A DNA stretch of 64,000 nt from NCBI GenBank assembly GCA_035548815.1, contig DASZSF010000004.1:57261-121260 (forward strand). The letters are read 5' to 3'. A program made the position numbers and the translations under genes. The notes under the pieces were generated by a model. It saw only the letters and a list, made by a program, of their open reading frames with translations, did no database searches and was not told the DNA's origin. The DNA comes from Minisyncoccota bacterium. Its GTDB lineage: Bacteria > Patescibacteriota > Minisyncoccia > Phycocordibacterales > SBAW01. Of the stretch, positions 8,450-20,374 are shown in pieces (the stretch's first letter is position 1; every line of letters starts with the position of its first letter).

Positions 8450-10972
8450 TTACTCAGCTATTCGCCAGCCCTGCGCAAGCAGTGGTTCCGCTTTTTTGAA
8501 CTTCATCTCGCGTGTCTCTGTGCCATTGGTGATGGTGACTTTGTCGTTGCGGCCAAGCTCTTTACCAGACTCTGCGAAAGCCGAAACAAAGCCGGCCTCG
8601 CCGCGCGAAGACGCGGTCGAGAGGCTTTGTGCAGGCTCCCCACTGGATGAAGGCATCACACTTAGCGTAGGTTGCGACTGTTTTTGGAGTCCTTCGAGCG
8701 TTTCAAACACACGCGCAGCAAGCGTGTATTCAAGCTCTTTGAAAAGCCGTGTGCCCTCTTTGCGATATTCCGTAAGCGGGTCGCGCTGGCCATAGGCACG
8801 GAGGTTCACACTGCCACGCAGATATTCCATCGACTCCAAGTGCTCTACCCACAGCATATCTATGGTTTGAAGCACCACTGCACGCGCCGCATGCAAAAAG
8901 TCGTCTCGACCAAATTCCGCTTCTTTCTTTGTAATCACTTCGAGTGCTGCTTCACTTCCAGAAGCAAGTTCGCGCAATACATCTTCCACATCATCGAGCG
9001 CGCCAACGAGTATCTTTCTGCGGCGGTCGTATATAGTCGTGCGCTGGCGGTCGAGCACATTGTCGAATTCAAGCACATGCTTGCGGGCATCAAAGTTGAA
9101 TCCTTCGATTTTAGTTTGAGCACTCTCAAGCGCACGGCTGACAAGCGCGTTCGTTATTGGCTCATCTTCAGGAATGCCGAAGCGCCCCATCATTCCTTTA
9201 ATAGAATCCGGCGCAAAGATGCGCATAAGGCTGTCTTCAAGCGACACAAAGAATTGTGTCTCGCCCGGGTCGCCCTGGCGGCCGGAACGGCCGCGCAGCT
9301 GATTGTCGATGCGGCGCGCCTCATGGCGCTCTGTTCCAAGCACAAAGAGTCCACCCATGTTTTTAATCTCTTGTGCCTCTTCTGCGGTTGCTACTGCGCC
9401 ACCGAGCTTAATGTCAACGCCGCGGCCAGCCATGTTTGTTGCCACAGTCACCTTTCCTTTGTGGCCGGCAGAGGCAATGATTTCACCTTCACGCTCGTGG
9501 TTCTTCGCGTTGAGTATCTCGTGCGGGACGCCTTCAGCCTTGAGGTAGGCAGACAAGAGCTCGTTCTTTTCAATTGACACCGTACCTACAAGCACTGGCT
9601 GGCCCTTTGCATGCACTTCTTTAATCTTGCGCGCAACCGCCTTAAACTTCCCTTCTTCGCTCTGGAATATCAAGTCGTTGCGGTCCACTCGGACAACCGG
9701 CTTATTCGTGGGAACTTCAACGACTTCTAATCCGTACACTTTGTAAAATTCCTCAGCTGATGTCTTAGCGGTACCGGTCATGCCAGCCAGCTTTTCATAC
9801 AAACGGAAGTAATTTTGGTATGTTATGGACGCAAATGTGCGTGATTCCTTCTGCACAACAACGTGCTCTTTTGCTTCAATAGCCTGATGCAGACCTTCCG
9901 ACCATCGGCGCCCTGGCTGCATGCGGCCAGTGAATTCATCGACAATTATGACTTCGCCGTTTCTTACAACGTATTGTTTGTCACGCTCAAAAAGCGCCCG
10001 TGCACGAACGGCCGTCTCTAAATGGTGAACATATTTAATGCCTTTTTCGGTGTATATATTTTCTACACCTAGTAGTTTTTCAGCATGTTCGATGCCGGCA
10101 TCAGTAAGCTGTATCGCCTTTTGCTTTTCGTCGACTGTGTAGTCGGTCTGCGGTGTAAGCTTTCCAGCAATATCAGCAAATTGCCGGTACAAATCTTCCG
10201 ACTCTTGAGCAGGCGCAGAGATAATGAGCGGCGTGCGCGACTCGTCAATTAAGATGGAGTCTATTTCGTCGACGACCGCGAAGTAGTACCCTCGCTGTCG
10301 AAGCTCATTCGAGCTGTAGGTAATATTGTCGCGCAAATAATCAAAGCCGAATTCGCTGTTCGTGCCATAGGTAATATCTGCTTCATAGGCTTGAGGCCGT
10401 GTGCACGGACGCAAAAATTCGTGGAATACATGGAAGCTCGCCTCTTCGTCGCGGATAGCATCATTTTCTTTATGCGTTTCGTCATAGATAAACGATTCGT
10501 TCAAATTGATGACGCCGACGCGCAGGCCAAGCGCCGCATATACTTGACCCATCCACACTGCGTCGCGGCGAGCCAGATAGTCGTTGACAGTCACCACATG
10601 CACGCCTTTGCCGGGCAATGCATTCAAATACGTCGGCAGTGTTGCAACGAGCGTTTTGCCTTCACCTGTTCGCATTTCAGCAATGCCGCGTTTATGCATG
10701 ATGATCCCGCCCACAAGTTGCACATCAAAATGGCGCAGCCCAAGCGTGCGTCGTGCACTTTCGCGCACTGCGGCAAACGCTTCAGGCAATAACGCATCGA
10801 GCGTCTCCCCTTCCTGCAGCCTGTTCCGAAACTCTGCCGTTTTGCCGCGGAGCGAATCATCAGAAAGCGCCTGGAATTCAGGCTCAAGCGCATTTATAGC
10901 GGCTATGGCTTTAGCGTTGTCAGATAGGGCCTTATTGGCACCTCCGCCAAAGAGACCTTTCAGTGAAATCAT
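8450..10972 (-). CDS. secA: Preprotein translocase ATPase SecA
   Basis: MRTGEGKTL, VDEIDSILIDE, ATNMAGRGVDI, RRIDNQLRGRSGRQGDPG; ATG at 10972 preferred over GTG at 10978. Confidence 0.98.
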   Translation of the reverse strand: MISLKGLFGGGANKALSDNAKAIAAINALEPEFQALSDDSLRGKTAEFRNRLQEGETLDALLPEAFAAVRESARRTLGLRHFDVQLVGGIIMHKRGIAEMRTGEGKTLVATLPTYLNALPGKGVHVVTVNDYLARRDAVWMGQVYAALGLRVGVINLNESFIYDETHKENDAIRDEEASFHVFHEFLRPCTRPQAYEADITYGTNSEFGFDYLRDNITYSSNELRQRGYYFAVVDEIDSILIDESRTPLIISAPAQESEDLYRQFADIAGKLTPQTDYTVDEKQKAIQLTDAGIEHAEKLLGVENIYTEKGIKYVHHLETAVRARALFERDKQYVVRNGEVIIVDEFTGRMQPGRRWSEGLHQAIEAKEHVVVQKESRTFASITYQNYFRLYEKLAGMTGTAKTSAEEFYKVYGLEVVEVPTNKPVVRVDRNDLIFQSEEGKFKAVARKIKEVHAKGQPVLVGTVSIEKNELLSAYLKAEGVPHEILNAKNHEREGEIIASAGHKGKVTVATNMAGRGVDIKLGGAVATAEEAQEIKNMGGLFVLGTERHEARRIDNQLRGRSGRQGDPGETQFFVSLEDSLMRIFAPDSIKGMMGRFGIPEDEPITNALVSRALESAQTKIEGFNFDARKHVLEFDNVLDRQRTTIYDRRRKILVGALDDVEDVLRELASGSEAALEVITKKEAEFGRDDFLHAARAVVLQTIDMLWVEHLESMEYLRGSVNLRAYGQRDPLTEYRKEGTRLFKELEYTLAARVFETLEGLQKQSQPTLSVMPSSSGEPAQSLSTASSRGEAGFVSAFAESGKELGRNDKVTITNGTETREMKFKKAEPLLAQGWRIAE
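8580..8636 (-). repeat. 57-nt palindromic element, copy A (in-frame in the secA C-terminal linker)
   Basis: GCCTGCACAAAGCCTCTCGA-CCGCG-TCTTCG-CGCGG-CGAGGCCGGCTTTGTTTCGGC; matches the copies at 39041 and 40521. Confidence 0.85.
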
Positions 10973-10998
10973 TGCCACAATTTACCATAAAACATAAG

Positions 10999-11030
10999 AA
11001 AAATCCCCCGCCAGCGGCGGGAGACTTTTC
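10999..11030 (-). terminator. Intrinsic terminator upstream of secA (ends the small-peptide transcript)
   Basis: cccgcc-agc-ggcggg stem flanked by A- and T-runs. Confidence 0.7.
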
Positions 11031-11073
11031 TTTCGAGAGGATATCCGGCAGTGTGCCGGAGCCTAAGAGACGC

Positions 11074-11118
11074 TTAGCGGCGCTTCTTCTTTGCTGCTTT
11101 CTTTTTCTTTGCTGCCAT
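11074..11118 (-). CDS. 14-aa basic peptide MAAKKKKAAKKKRR
   Basis: ATG 11118 to TAA 11074; clean AAG/AAA/GCA codon pattern; structured leader upstream, hairpins and terminator downstream. Confidence 0.65.
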   Translation of the reverse strand: MAAKKKKAAKKKRR

Positions 11119-11125
11119 AATTTTG

Positions 11126-11209
11126 GCGACTCTCGTCGCAAATTGTTTTGGACATCGATCGACCTTGCTTCATGAGAGTCCGCGGACTACACATGGAGCA
11201 ATCTCGATG
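11126..11209 (-). ncRNA. Putative structured 5' leader (long interrupted hairpin + GAGA-tetraloop hairpin)
   Basis: Nested pairings catcga/tcgatg, ttgct/agcaa, catg/catg, agtc/gact (11153-11209); gcgac-GAGA-gtcgc on the minus strand (11126-11139). Confidence 0.45.
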
Positions 11210-11292
11210 CTCTATACATAAGTATCGACTACATACTCTATAGATACAATGAAAATTATTTTTTATCTGTGGATATCTTTTTCGAAAAATTT

Positions 11293-12303
11293 TTACAAAA
11301 TTTTTACTTCCGGTTCTATTTTTATTTTTAATTCGCTAAAAACTTTTTCTTGAACATGCGATGCGAGTTCTTGGACATCATGCGAAGATGTTCCGCGTTT
11401 CGCCGCGATGACAAGCACTTGGTTTTCGAACAAACGCGCACCCCCCACCTCTGTTCCTTTAAGATGCAGCGCATGATCGAGCAGCCACGCAAGCGGCACT
11501 TTCACGCCTTCAGTTTCAGGCATATCAAACAAAGGCATATCAGGATATGTCTGTTTTAGCGCTTCTGCTTCTGCTTTTGGCATAATAGGGTTTTTAAAAA
11601 AGGAGCCCGCCGTTCCTTCTACTGAAAGATCAGGGAATTTAGCCGCGCGGATCTCAAGCACCGCAGCTCGGATAGAAGAAAGATCCATGCTCATATCGGC
11701 AAAGCGCGCTTTCAGGTCTTTGTACGAGATGTTGGGCGCGGGCTGTGTTTGAAGCACAAGCGTGGCATGGAGCACAATGTAGCGGCCATCTTCTTCCTTA
11801 AAGATGCTCCCGCGATAGCCAAGCGCACATTCCTCACGCGACAACGTTTTGATTTCGCGTGTGTTTGTATCAAACACTTCAATGGATTCAAGCACTTGCG
11901 AAAATGCAGCGCCATATGCGCCGATATTTTGTACGCACGCTCCTCCCACAGTGCCTGGAATTCCAGATAAGTTTTCTATTCCCCAGGCATCTTCTGCAAC
12001 TGCGCGTGCAACAAGCGCATCCCACGACTCGCCCGCACCGGCCGTTATAACGACGCGAGTTCCTTCGCGAACAACCTCAACACCCATACATTCTAGCTTG
12101 ATAACAAGACCATCAAACCCTTCGTCTGGTACCAGTACGTTCGAGCCACCTCCTAAAATAAACACGGGCGTATGTTGGTCCCGAGCAAAGTCGAGAGACT
12201 GGCGGATATCATCTAACGTCTTTGCAACACAGAAGAATCGCGCCGGCCCTCCTATGCGGAATGTCGTAATAGGGGCGAGCGCGATTGATTCCTGTATCTC
12301 CAT
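11293..12303 (-). CDS. murB: UDP-N-acetylenolpyruvoylglucosamine reductase
   Basis: TTFRIGGPA, LGGGSNVL, GIPGTVGG, GSFFKNP, IEPEV. Confidence 0.96.
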   Translation of the reverse strand: MEIQESIALAPITTFRIGGPARFFCVAKTLDDIRQSLDFARDQHTPVFILGGGSNVLVPDEGFDGLVIKLECMGVEVVREGTRVVITAGAGESWDALVARAVAEDAWGIENLSGIPGTVGGACVQNIGAYGAAFSQVLESIEVFDTNTREIKTLSREECALGYRGSIFKEEDGRYIVLHATLVLQTQPAPNISYKDLKARFADMSMDLSSIRAAVLEIRAAKFPDLSVEGTAGSFFKNPIMPKAEAEALKQTYPDMPLFDMPETEGVKVPLAWLLDHALHLKGTEVGGARLFENQVLVIAAKRGTSSHDVQELASHVQEKVFSELKIKIEPEVKIL

Positions 12304-12316
12304 GCTTCCTCTATTT

Positions 12317-14626
12317 CTAGGGCTTCAGAGTACCGTTTTGAATTTGAGTTATGACGCTCTGGATCTGTGATGCGAGCGATGGATTTAGTTGTGCCGCGCG
12401 GTTAAGTTCGGCAATAGCGTTTGTTTTATCACTTGCGGTGAAATACGCAGCGGCGAGGCCAAGATGCGCTTGCGCATCGTTCGGAGCCGCTTCAACGCGT
12501 AACTTCCAAATACCGACAACGCGATCGTACTGTTTAGTGTTTACATAGACTTGAAGGAGACGTGCATCATTTACGAGCACGGTGCCAAATCCATCTTTGA
12601 GCAATGCGTCGGCAGCGCTTCCCTGGCCGGCATAGTAGAGACCAGCGGCATACAGAATCCGAGCATCAGAATATGCTGGCTCCATGTCGAATGCCTGCTT
12701 GAGTATCGGAATCGCCTGATCTTTCTGGCCAGCGTTCAGATACGTAACGCCAATTTCAAACAGCACCTGCTGTTTTTGAGGCGAATGCGAATGAGCCTGG
12801 GCGAGTATTTCAAGCGCCTGAGGATACTGGCCGAAGCTATCAAGGAATGCCCCGTCGAAAAGTTCAAGGCGCGCATCATTTTTGCGCTGCTGCATGACGG
12901 CATCTACTGCATTTTGCGCTGCAACAAGCGTGTCTTGTTTGACCGATGGGTCAACGCTGGTTGATGCGGCAATGGTTGAGGCGTACTGCAAAAATTGCTC
13001 TGCCACTTCCTGGCGGCCCATGTCAGTGCCAGGCCATGTGTTATTTCCAAACGCCGTTTTAAAGTCGGCCAGACGTGTCTTGCCATCTTTTGCCTGTGCA
13101 ACAAGAGTCCCGTCGCTGTTTGGGACAGCAACTTGCGGTGTCAGCGCAGTGAGGATATTCTCTGCCCGAGCCATGCCCGGCACGTTCGCAGCCCAAACAA
13201 GGAGGATGGCTAGAACGCCGACAATAGGCGCTGCAATAGCAATTCCCTGGTCGCTTACAGGGCGAGCAAGCCCCGCAAAGCGCGGCGGTTTTTGCGCAAA
13301 GAGCGAGTGAGCGAATGCTAATATAAGAAAGAAGTACACGGAGCTCATGAGGTCATCGAACACAAACAGGTTGTTGAATCCGTACGCAGCAAGCGCGCCC
13401 ATGAGTATTGCTTGCTCAGGCTCTGCCAGTGAAGATCGCATAATGCTCCATGCAGCGAGCAAGAAGAATGAAATGTAGAGCAAGAACGCAGGAAGACCAC
13501 CGGCAATGAGCCAGTCGAGGAACTGGTTGTGCGCGCGGTCGAACCACTGCTCCTGGTTGTACATTTCCGGAGAGTAATATTTGTTGAAGACGAAGTTAAA
13601 GTTTTCCTGACCCCATCCTACGATAGCTGTTTTCGGGCTTTCAAATGACCCTTTGATAGCCATAGGCCATATATAGAAGAGGCGCGCTTTCGTTGTTGTG
13701 TCTTCAAGTGAAATAGAGCTGATGCGGCCGATGGTCGAGGGAGCGTTTTGGAGTAGTGATGTGCTGCGCAATGCAACGAAGCCAATCACAAGCGCCGCAA
13801 TGATACCAAGACCTATCCACGACGCACGGCGCATGCTGTGCCACTGCTGGCCACGCGCTTTCCAAATTATATAGAGAGCGGCAACAATGAGACCGCCTAT
13901 AAGCCCAAGGAACGAACCGCGCGTTTCGGTAAAGTAGAGAGTCGCGACCTCAAGCACGAGCGCAATACCGTACAGTACTTGTGCAGCTGTCGATTGACGC
14001 TGGCGAAACAACATGAAAAGCGTCAGGAAGACGTTCCAGAGCATGAACACAGCCAAGTAGGTCGCATTGCCGAAGGTGCCGTCAACACGGCTGCCGCTTT
14101 GTGAACTTATCGGGAACAGGTTCGCGAATTGGAGCATTGAATACACACCCATAAGCGCGCCTGACGTTATAGAAATTTGGAACAATCTGTTCCACCAATT
14201 TTCTGCTGTTACAACCGTCCCAACAATGTAGAAATAGACAAGGAAGTGCAGGATCGTCATATACCCTTCCATGCGTTCGAAGTTGCTCCAGAAGCTCTTC
14301 GCTGGGTCAACGCTCAAAACCGTTGCGAGCGCCATCCATCCAACGAACGCCAGTACTGCCCACGAAAGCATCGATGCGCGCGGTCGGTATTTTGGTTCGC
14401 GGAGCGCGAGCAACACATATGCACCAAGCATCAACTCCACCACGATCCGGAACATAAAGTTCTTGCCCGTGATGAATGGGAAGTACATGCCTGCAAACGG
14501 AATGTAGAGGTTGGCATGCGCCGTGTTTTGATACCCTGCCCCGCCGTCGGCGATAATAAATGGAACAAAGAAAATCAGCGCGGAACCCACAAGGAGCGCC
14601 CAGCGCAAAAAGCGTGTATACGACAT
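12317..14626 (-). CDS. O-antigen-ligase-like (Wzy_C) membrane protein with C-terminal TPRs
   Basis: Multi-TM; GTFGNATYLA, TETRGS, GWGQENF, DRAHNQFLD; helical TPR-like tail; start placed at MSYTRF, just after TATAGT. Confidence 0.88.
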   Translation of the reverse strand: MSYTRFLRWALLVGSALIFFVPFIIADGGAGYQNTAHANLYIPFAGMYFPFITGKNFMFRIVVELMLGAYVLLALREPKYRPRASMLSWAVLAFVGWMALATVLSVDPAKSFWSNFERMEGYMTILHFLVYFYIVGTVVTAENWWNRLFQISITSGALMGVYSMLQFANLFPISSQSGSRVDGTFGNATYLAVFMLWNVFLTLFMLFRQRQSTAAQVLYGIALVLEVATLYFTETRGSFLGLIGGLIVAALYIIWKARGQQWHSMRRASWIGLGIIAALVIGFVALRSTSLLQNAPSTIGRISSISLEDTTTKARLFYIWPMAIKGSFESPKTAIVGWGQENFNFVFNKYYSPEMYNQEQWFDRAHNQFLDWLIAGGLPAFLLYISFFLLAAWSIMRSSLAEPEQAILMGALAAYGFNNLFVFDDLMSSVYFFLILAFAHSLFAQKPPRFAGLARPVSDQGIAIAAPIVGVLAILLVWAANVPGMARAENILTALTPQVAVPNSDGTLVAQAKDGKTRLADFKTAFGNNTWPGTDMGRQEVAEQFLQYASTIAASTSVDPSVKQDTLVAAQNAVDAVMQQRKNDARLELFDGAFLDSFGQYPQALEILAQAHSHSPQKQQVLFEIGVTYLNAGQKDQAIPILKQAFDMEPAYSDARILYAAGLYYAGQGSAADALLKDGFGTVLVNDARLLQVYVNTKQYDRVVGIWKLRVEAAPNDAQAHLGLAAAYFTASDKTNAIAELNRAAQLNPSLASQIQSVITQIQNGTLKP

Positions 14627-14634
14627 ACGCGATA

Positions 14635-16561
<1,927 letters not shown>

Positions 16562-16654
16562 GTATTCCATTGTTCTACCGCCCTTTCTGCCTGCCCGTCA
16601 ACTCATGCAACTAAAGCGACAGCATGCGGGTTACAAGATACAATACACTAATCC

Positions 16655-17473
16655 ATGCAGACGACCGTCATCCGACCTAAAAAAGTGCTGTCGCTTCGCG
16701 ACGTTGCCGAATTGTGGCAGTACCGCGAACTGCTCTACTTCTTTACCTGGCGGGACCTGAAGGTACGCTATAAGCAGACGACTGTGGGCGTCCTGTGGGC
16801 GATATTCCAGCCGTTCATAGCAATGGTCGTCTTTAGCGTATTTTTCGGCGCACTGGCAGGCATGCCGTCCGACGGCGTCCCGTATCCTATCTTCGTATAC
16901 GTCGGGCTCTTATTTTGGCAGTTCTTCTCCGCGTCCCTGACCGACACGAGCAACAGCCTTCTCACGAACCAGTCCATAATTACGAAAGTATATTTTCCCC
17001 GTCTCATACTGCCCTTGTCGGCCGTGTTGACCCAGTTAGTGGACTTCTGTATCGCGTCCATCATTTTGGTGGGGCTTATGTTCTACTACAACTACGTACC
17101 TAACCTGTCTGGACTTCTAATAGTGCCTCTCCTACTTCTCATCACGTTCCTCGCCGCATTGGGCGGCGGCCTCTTCCTGGCGTCCGTCAATGTCCGGTAC
17201 CGTGACGTGCGCTACGTGCTGCCGTATTTCATACAAATGCTGCTCTTCGTGACGCCGGTCATCTACCCAGCCAGCCTCGCGGGCGCGTATTCCTGGATAC
17301 TCGCGCTCAACCCTATGACCGGCGTCATCAAGGCGGCACGAGGTGCGCTCTTGGGCACCGAACCGGTCAATTGGACGCTGCTTGGCTTCTCAGCCGCGGC
17401 GGTGATAGTAGTATCCGTTATCGGTATCGTCAGTTTTAAAAAGACCGAGCGGCAGTTTGCTGACCTGCTTTAA
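16655..17473 (+). CDS. wzm: ABC-2 polysaccharide export permease (Wzm-like)
   Basis: RDLKVRYKQT, KVYFPR, TPVIYP, LNPM motifs. Confidence 0.93.
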   Translation: MQTTVIRPKKVLSLRDVAELWQYRELLYFFTWRDLKVRYKQTTVGVLWAIFQPFIAMVVFSVFFGALAGMPSDGVPYPIFVYVGLLFWQFFSASLTDTSNSLLTNQSIITKVYFPRLILPLSAVLTQLVDFCIASIILVGLMFYYNYVPNLSGLLIVPLLLLITFLAALGGGLFLASVNVRYRDVRYVLPYFIQMLLFVTPVIYPASLAGAYSWILALNPMTGVIKAARGALLGTEPVNWTLLGFSAAAVIVVSVIGIVSFKKTERQFADLL

Positions 17474-17476
17474 ACC

Positions 17477-19336
17477 ATGCTTTCTCTTTCCTCATGGGCG
17501 ACTGCCGGAGGTGTTCTAGCACTGCTGCAGGCAGTGCTATTGCCTGGACTTATTGTGGTACGCCTGCTGCGCATTGAGCTACCACTATCATTGCGCCTTG
17601 CGGCAATTCTGGCGCTTAGCCTCATGGCAAACTATACGACTATTTTCCTCTTGGCCTGGTTCGGGCTCTATACCGCACCAGCAGTTCTTTGGAGCATGGT
17701 GGCAGAATGCGCGGCCTTGCTCTTTCTATATCGTGATGTAGCCCGAACAGCGTTAACCGTTTCGCTTGAACAAGCACAGGATGCGGTCATAGGGTCATAC
17801 GAACAGCGTTGCGCGCCCGTGCGCGCATGGCTCGAAGACACACGCAGAGGCACGCCGGAAGGATTTTTGCTGCGGCTGACGCTCGTATTAGGGGCCGCCA
17901 CGGTAGCATATCTTTCCTACCTTTTGATTTCCAACGTGGGGACGCTATTCAATCTATGGGACCCTATCATTTCATGGAACCGGTGGGCCCTCGAATGGAG
18001 CGCCAACGGGCTCCCGCGCGACACATGGGAGTATCCACAGCTCATCCCCGCCGCGTGGTCGCTTGCATACGTGCTGGCCGGGAGCGGGGGAGAATATTTC
18101 GCCAAGGCGATAATGCCGCTCTTTCCGCTTCTGACTGTACTCGTGATGCTTGGAGGCGGCATACGCATGCGTTCGCCCAGCTATCTGCTTGGCGGCCCCA
18201 TGTTCGTGCTCCTCATGCGGGTGCTGTCGGGCAGCGCCATCATGGCGACCGAAGGATACGTCGACATGGCGGTCACGTTTTTTTCCTTCTGTGCCATCGC
18301 TACCTTGCTTTTTATACGCCCATCGACGCCGGACAGGCAGGCAGCACAGTTCCTCCTGCTGGGCGCGCTCTTTGCCATAGGCGCGGCGATGACCAAGCAG
18401 GCCGGATTGTATATCGTGGTCCTGTACCCCATTCTCTCGGCGCTCATACCCCTACGTGAACACGCGCCCCTGCGAGCGCAATGGCTACGGCAGTTTCTCA
18501 TATACGCACTAGCAGCACTCGCACTTCTAGGCCCTTTCTATATATATAAGGAGGTAGCGATACACACGCAAGGTGATATTTCAGTATTGCCGTCCATCCA
18601 CAATCAAATCTATGGCAGCGGCAAAAGCATGTTTGAAGTTGCTGGAGCAGGCCTCTGGTATTTGGTTACGAAGACCTACGGGCTTGCGGCTTTATACGCC
18701 GTTTTATGCCTGTTCGCATGGCGGGACAGACGCGTGCGCGCCCTGGCGCTTCTTGTCATCGTGCCGTATACGTTGTTCTGGAGCTTCGTGCTAAGCTACG
18801 ACAGCAGGAACATATCGCTGGTGGTGCCGCTTGTAGCGCTCGTAGCTGCAGTGGGCGTAGAACGGCTCATCGAGCGCAGGCGCGTCGCACAATGGCTCAT
18901 GTGCCTTCCTGCTCTGTGGGCCGCGGGAGCGGCGCTCGCGTGCATGCTGGCACTCACGCCTTTTGTGTCCCACAAGATTGCCTCCGCGTACGCGCACGAT
19001 TCGCGGCAGATATACGATACGGAGCTCAGCGTGCTGTTGAGCAACTACTTCGAACATCATCCCGAAGGCTCCATCTACACAAACTTTCCCATACTCTACT
19101 TTATGCCCGCGACAAAAGACCGCATCTGGAGCCCGTTTGGAGGCTATTCGACGAAAACATACGACTTTGACGCCTATGCGGCCAACGCAAACAACCCCGC
19201 CTTTACCTACCTGCTGAGCGCAGACTACACGCCGGCTGGAATCCGCGCTGACATCGAAGCAAAGATCCGCTCGGGCGTGTATGAAGAGGCGCTGCGCTCA
19301 GGGGGGTACTTGCTGGTCAAACGCGCCCGTAATTAG
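17477..19336 (+). CDS. Polytopic GT-C-like (lipid-sugar-dependent) glycosyltransferase
   Basis: More than 12 TM helices; WDPIISWNRWA...YPQLIP loop, YVDMAV, TKQAG; adjacent to a GT2-GtrA fusion. Confidence 0.6.
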   Translation: MLSLSSWATAGGVLALLQAVLLPGLIVVRLLRIELPLSLRLAAILALSLMANYTTIFLLAWFGLYTAPAVLWSMVAECAALLFLYRDVARTALTVSLEQAQDAVIGSYEQRCAPVRAWLEDTRRGTPEGFLLRLTLVLGAATVAYLSYLLISNVGTLFNLWDPIISWNRWALEWSANGLPRDTWEYPQLIPAAWSLAYVLAGSGGEYFAKAIMPLFPLLTVLVMLGGGIRMRSPSYLLGGPMFVLLMRVLSGSAIMATEGYVDMAVTFFSFCAIATLLFIRPSTPDRQAAQFLLLGALFAIGAAMTKQAGLYIVVLYPILSALIPLREHAPLRAQWLRQFLIYALAALALLGPFYIYKEVAIHTQGDISVLPSIHNQIYGSGKSMFEVAGAGLWYLVTKTYGLAALYAVLCLFAWRDRRVRALALLVIVPYTLFWSFVLSYDSRNISLVVPLVALVAAVGVERLIERRRVAQWLMCLPALWAAGAALACMLALTPFVSHKIASAYAHDSRQIYDTELSVLLSNYFEHHPEGSIYTNFPILYFMPATKDRIWSPFGGYSTKTYDFDAYAANANNPAFTYLLSADYTPAGIRADIEAKIRSGVYEEALRSGGYLLVKRARN

Positions 19337-19338
19337 GT

Positions 19339-20370
19339 ATGAAAAAAGCCGTCATAATTCCTGCATACGAGCCGGGCGAACACTTCGCTCCGTTCATCCG
19401 CGAACTTGCCGAAGGGCCGTACGAACGCATCGTTATCGTGGACGACGGCAGCAGTGCGCCCGCGCAGCGGTTCTTTGACGAGGTGCGCGGCACGCCGCGC
19501 ACCGTGGTGCTTGCGCACGAGGTCAACCGCGGCAAGGGGGCGGCGCTCAAGACCGCCTTCGGCTACATCCGCGCATCAGAGCCCGACATAGAGCACGTGG
19601 TTACCGCGGATGCGGACGGACAGCACGCGCCTGAAGACATTCTGCGCACGGCGCAGAAACTGGAGACAGAGCCGGGTGCGCTGGTGCTCGGCACACGCAC
19701 GTTCGAAGGCGAGGTGCCGTGGCGAAGCCGGTTCGGCAACACGCTTACGCGCGGGCTTTTTAAGGCATTGTTCGGCATCGCGATTTCCGACACACAGACC
19801 GGCTTGCGGGCGCTCCCTGCTTCGGCGCTTTCTCACTTCATTGCCATCCCCTACAACCGCTACGAATTCGAGTCGGAAATGCTCTTGGTGGCATCACGCG
19901 CCACAATGCCGATACGCGAAGTCCCCATACGCACCATCTACGAGGACGGCAACGCATCTTCCCATTTCAACCCGCTCATAGACTCGTTCAAGATCTACTT
20001 CGTGCTACTGCGCTACACGCTCGCTTCGCTCGCGTCTGCGCTGATAGATTTTGTTGTCTTTTTGCTTATCTATCCGCTTGTTGCCAACGTGCTGGTTGCC
20101 ATATATACCGCACGGGCTGTTTCCCTCTTTGCCAACTACGGTCTTAATAGCAATGCCGTATTCCATGACAGAGCTTCCATATGGCGAACGTTCCCTAAAT
20201 ACCTGCTTTTGGTTATCATCTCTGGTTTTGTTGCGGCAGGGCTTATCATCGCAGGACATTTGTATATAGGACTCCCTATAGCGTTGGCAAAAATCCTAGC
20301 AGAATCTATGCTGTATGTGGTGAATTTCTTTGTGCAGAAAAAATTCATTTTTACTGCGCACAGATCATAG
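19339..20370 (+). CDS. GT2 (polyprenol-phosphate glycosyltransferase) fused to a GtrA-like flippase
   Basis: IIPAYEP, VDDGS, NRGKGAALK, DADGQH, DTQTGLR; C-terminal 4-TM domain ending NFFVQKKFIF. Confidence 0.9.
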   Translation: MKKAVIIPAYEPGEHFAPFIRELAEGPYERIVIVDDGSSAPAQRFFDEVRGTPRTVVLAHEVNRGKGAALKTAFGYIRASEPDIEHVVTADADGQHAPEDILRTAQKLETEPGALVLGTRTFEGEVPWRSRFGNTLTRGLFKALFGIAISDTQTGLRALPASALSHFIAIPYNRYEFESEMLLVASRATMPIREVPIRTIYEDGNASSHFNPLIDSFKIYFVLLRYTLASLASALIDFVVFLLIYPLVANVLVAIYTARAVSLFANYGLNSNAVFHDRASIWRTFPKYLLLVIISGFVAAGLIIAGHLYIGLPIALAKILAESMLYVVNFFVQKKFIFTAHRS

Positions 20371-20374
20371 TTAT

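Noticed and set aside
11126-11209. SRP RNA, 6S RNA or tmRNA identity for the structured leader
   Set aside because: No SRP domain IV motif, no tRNA-like ends, too short for 6S
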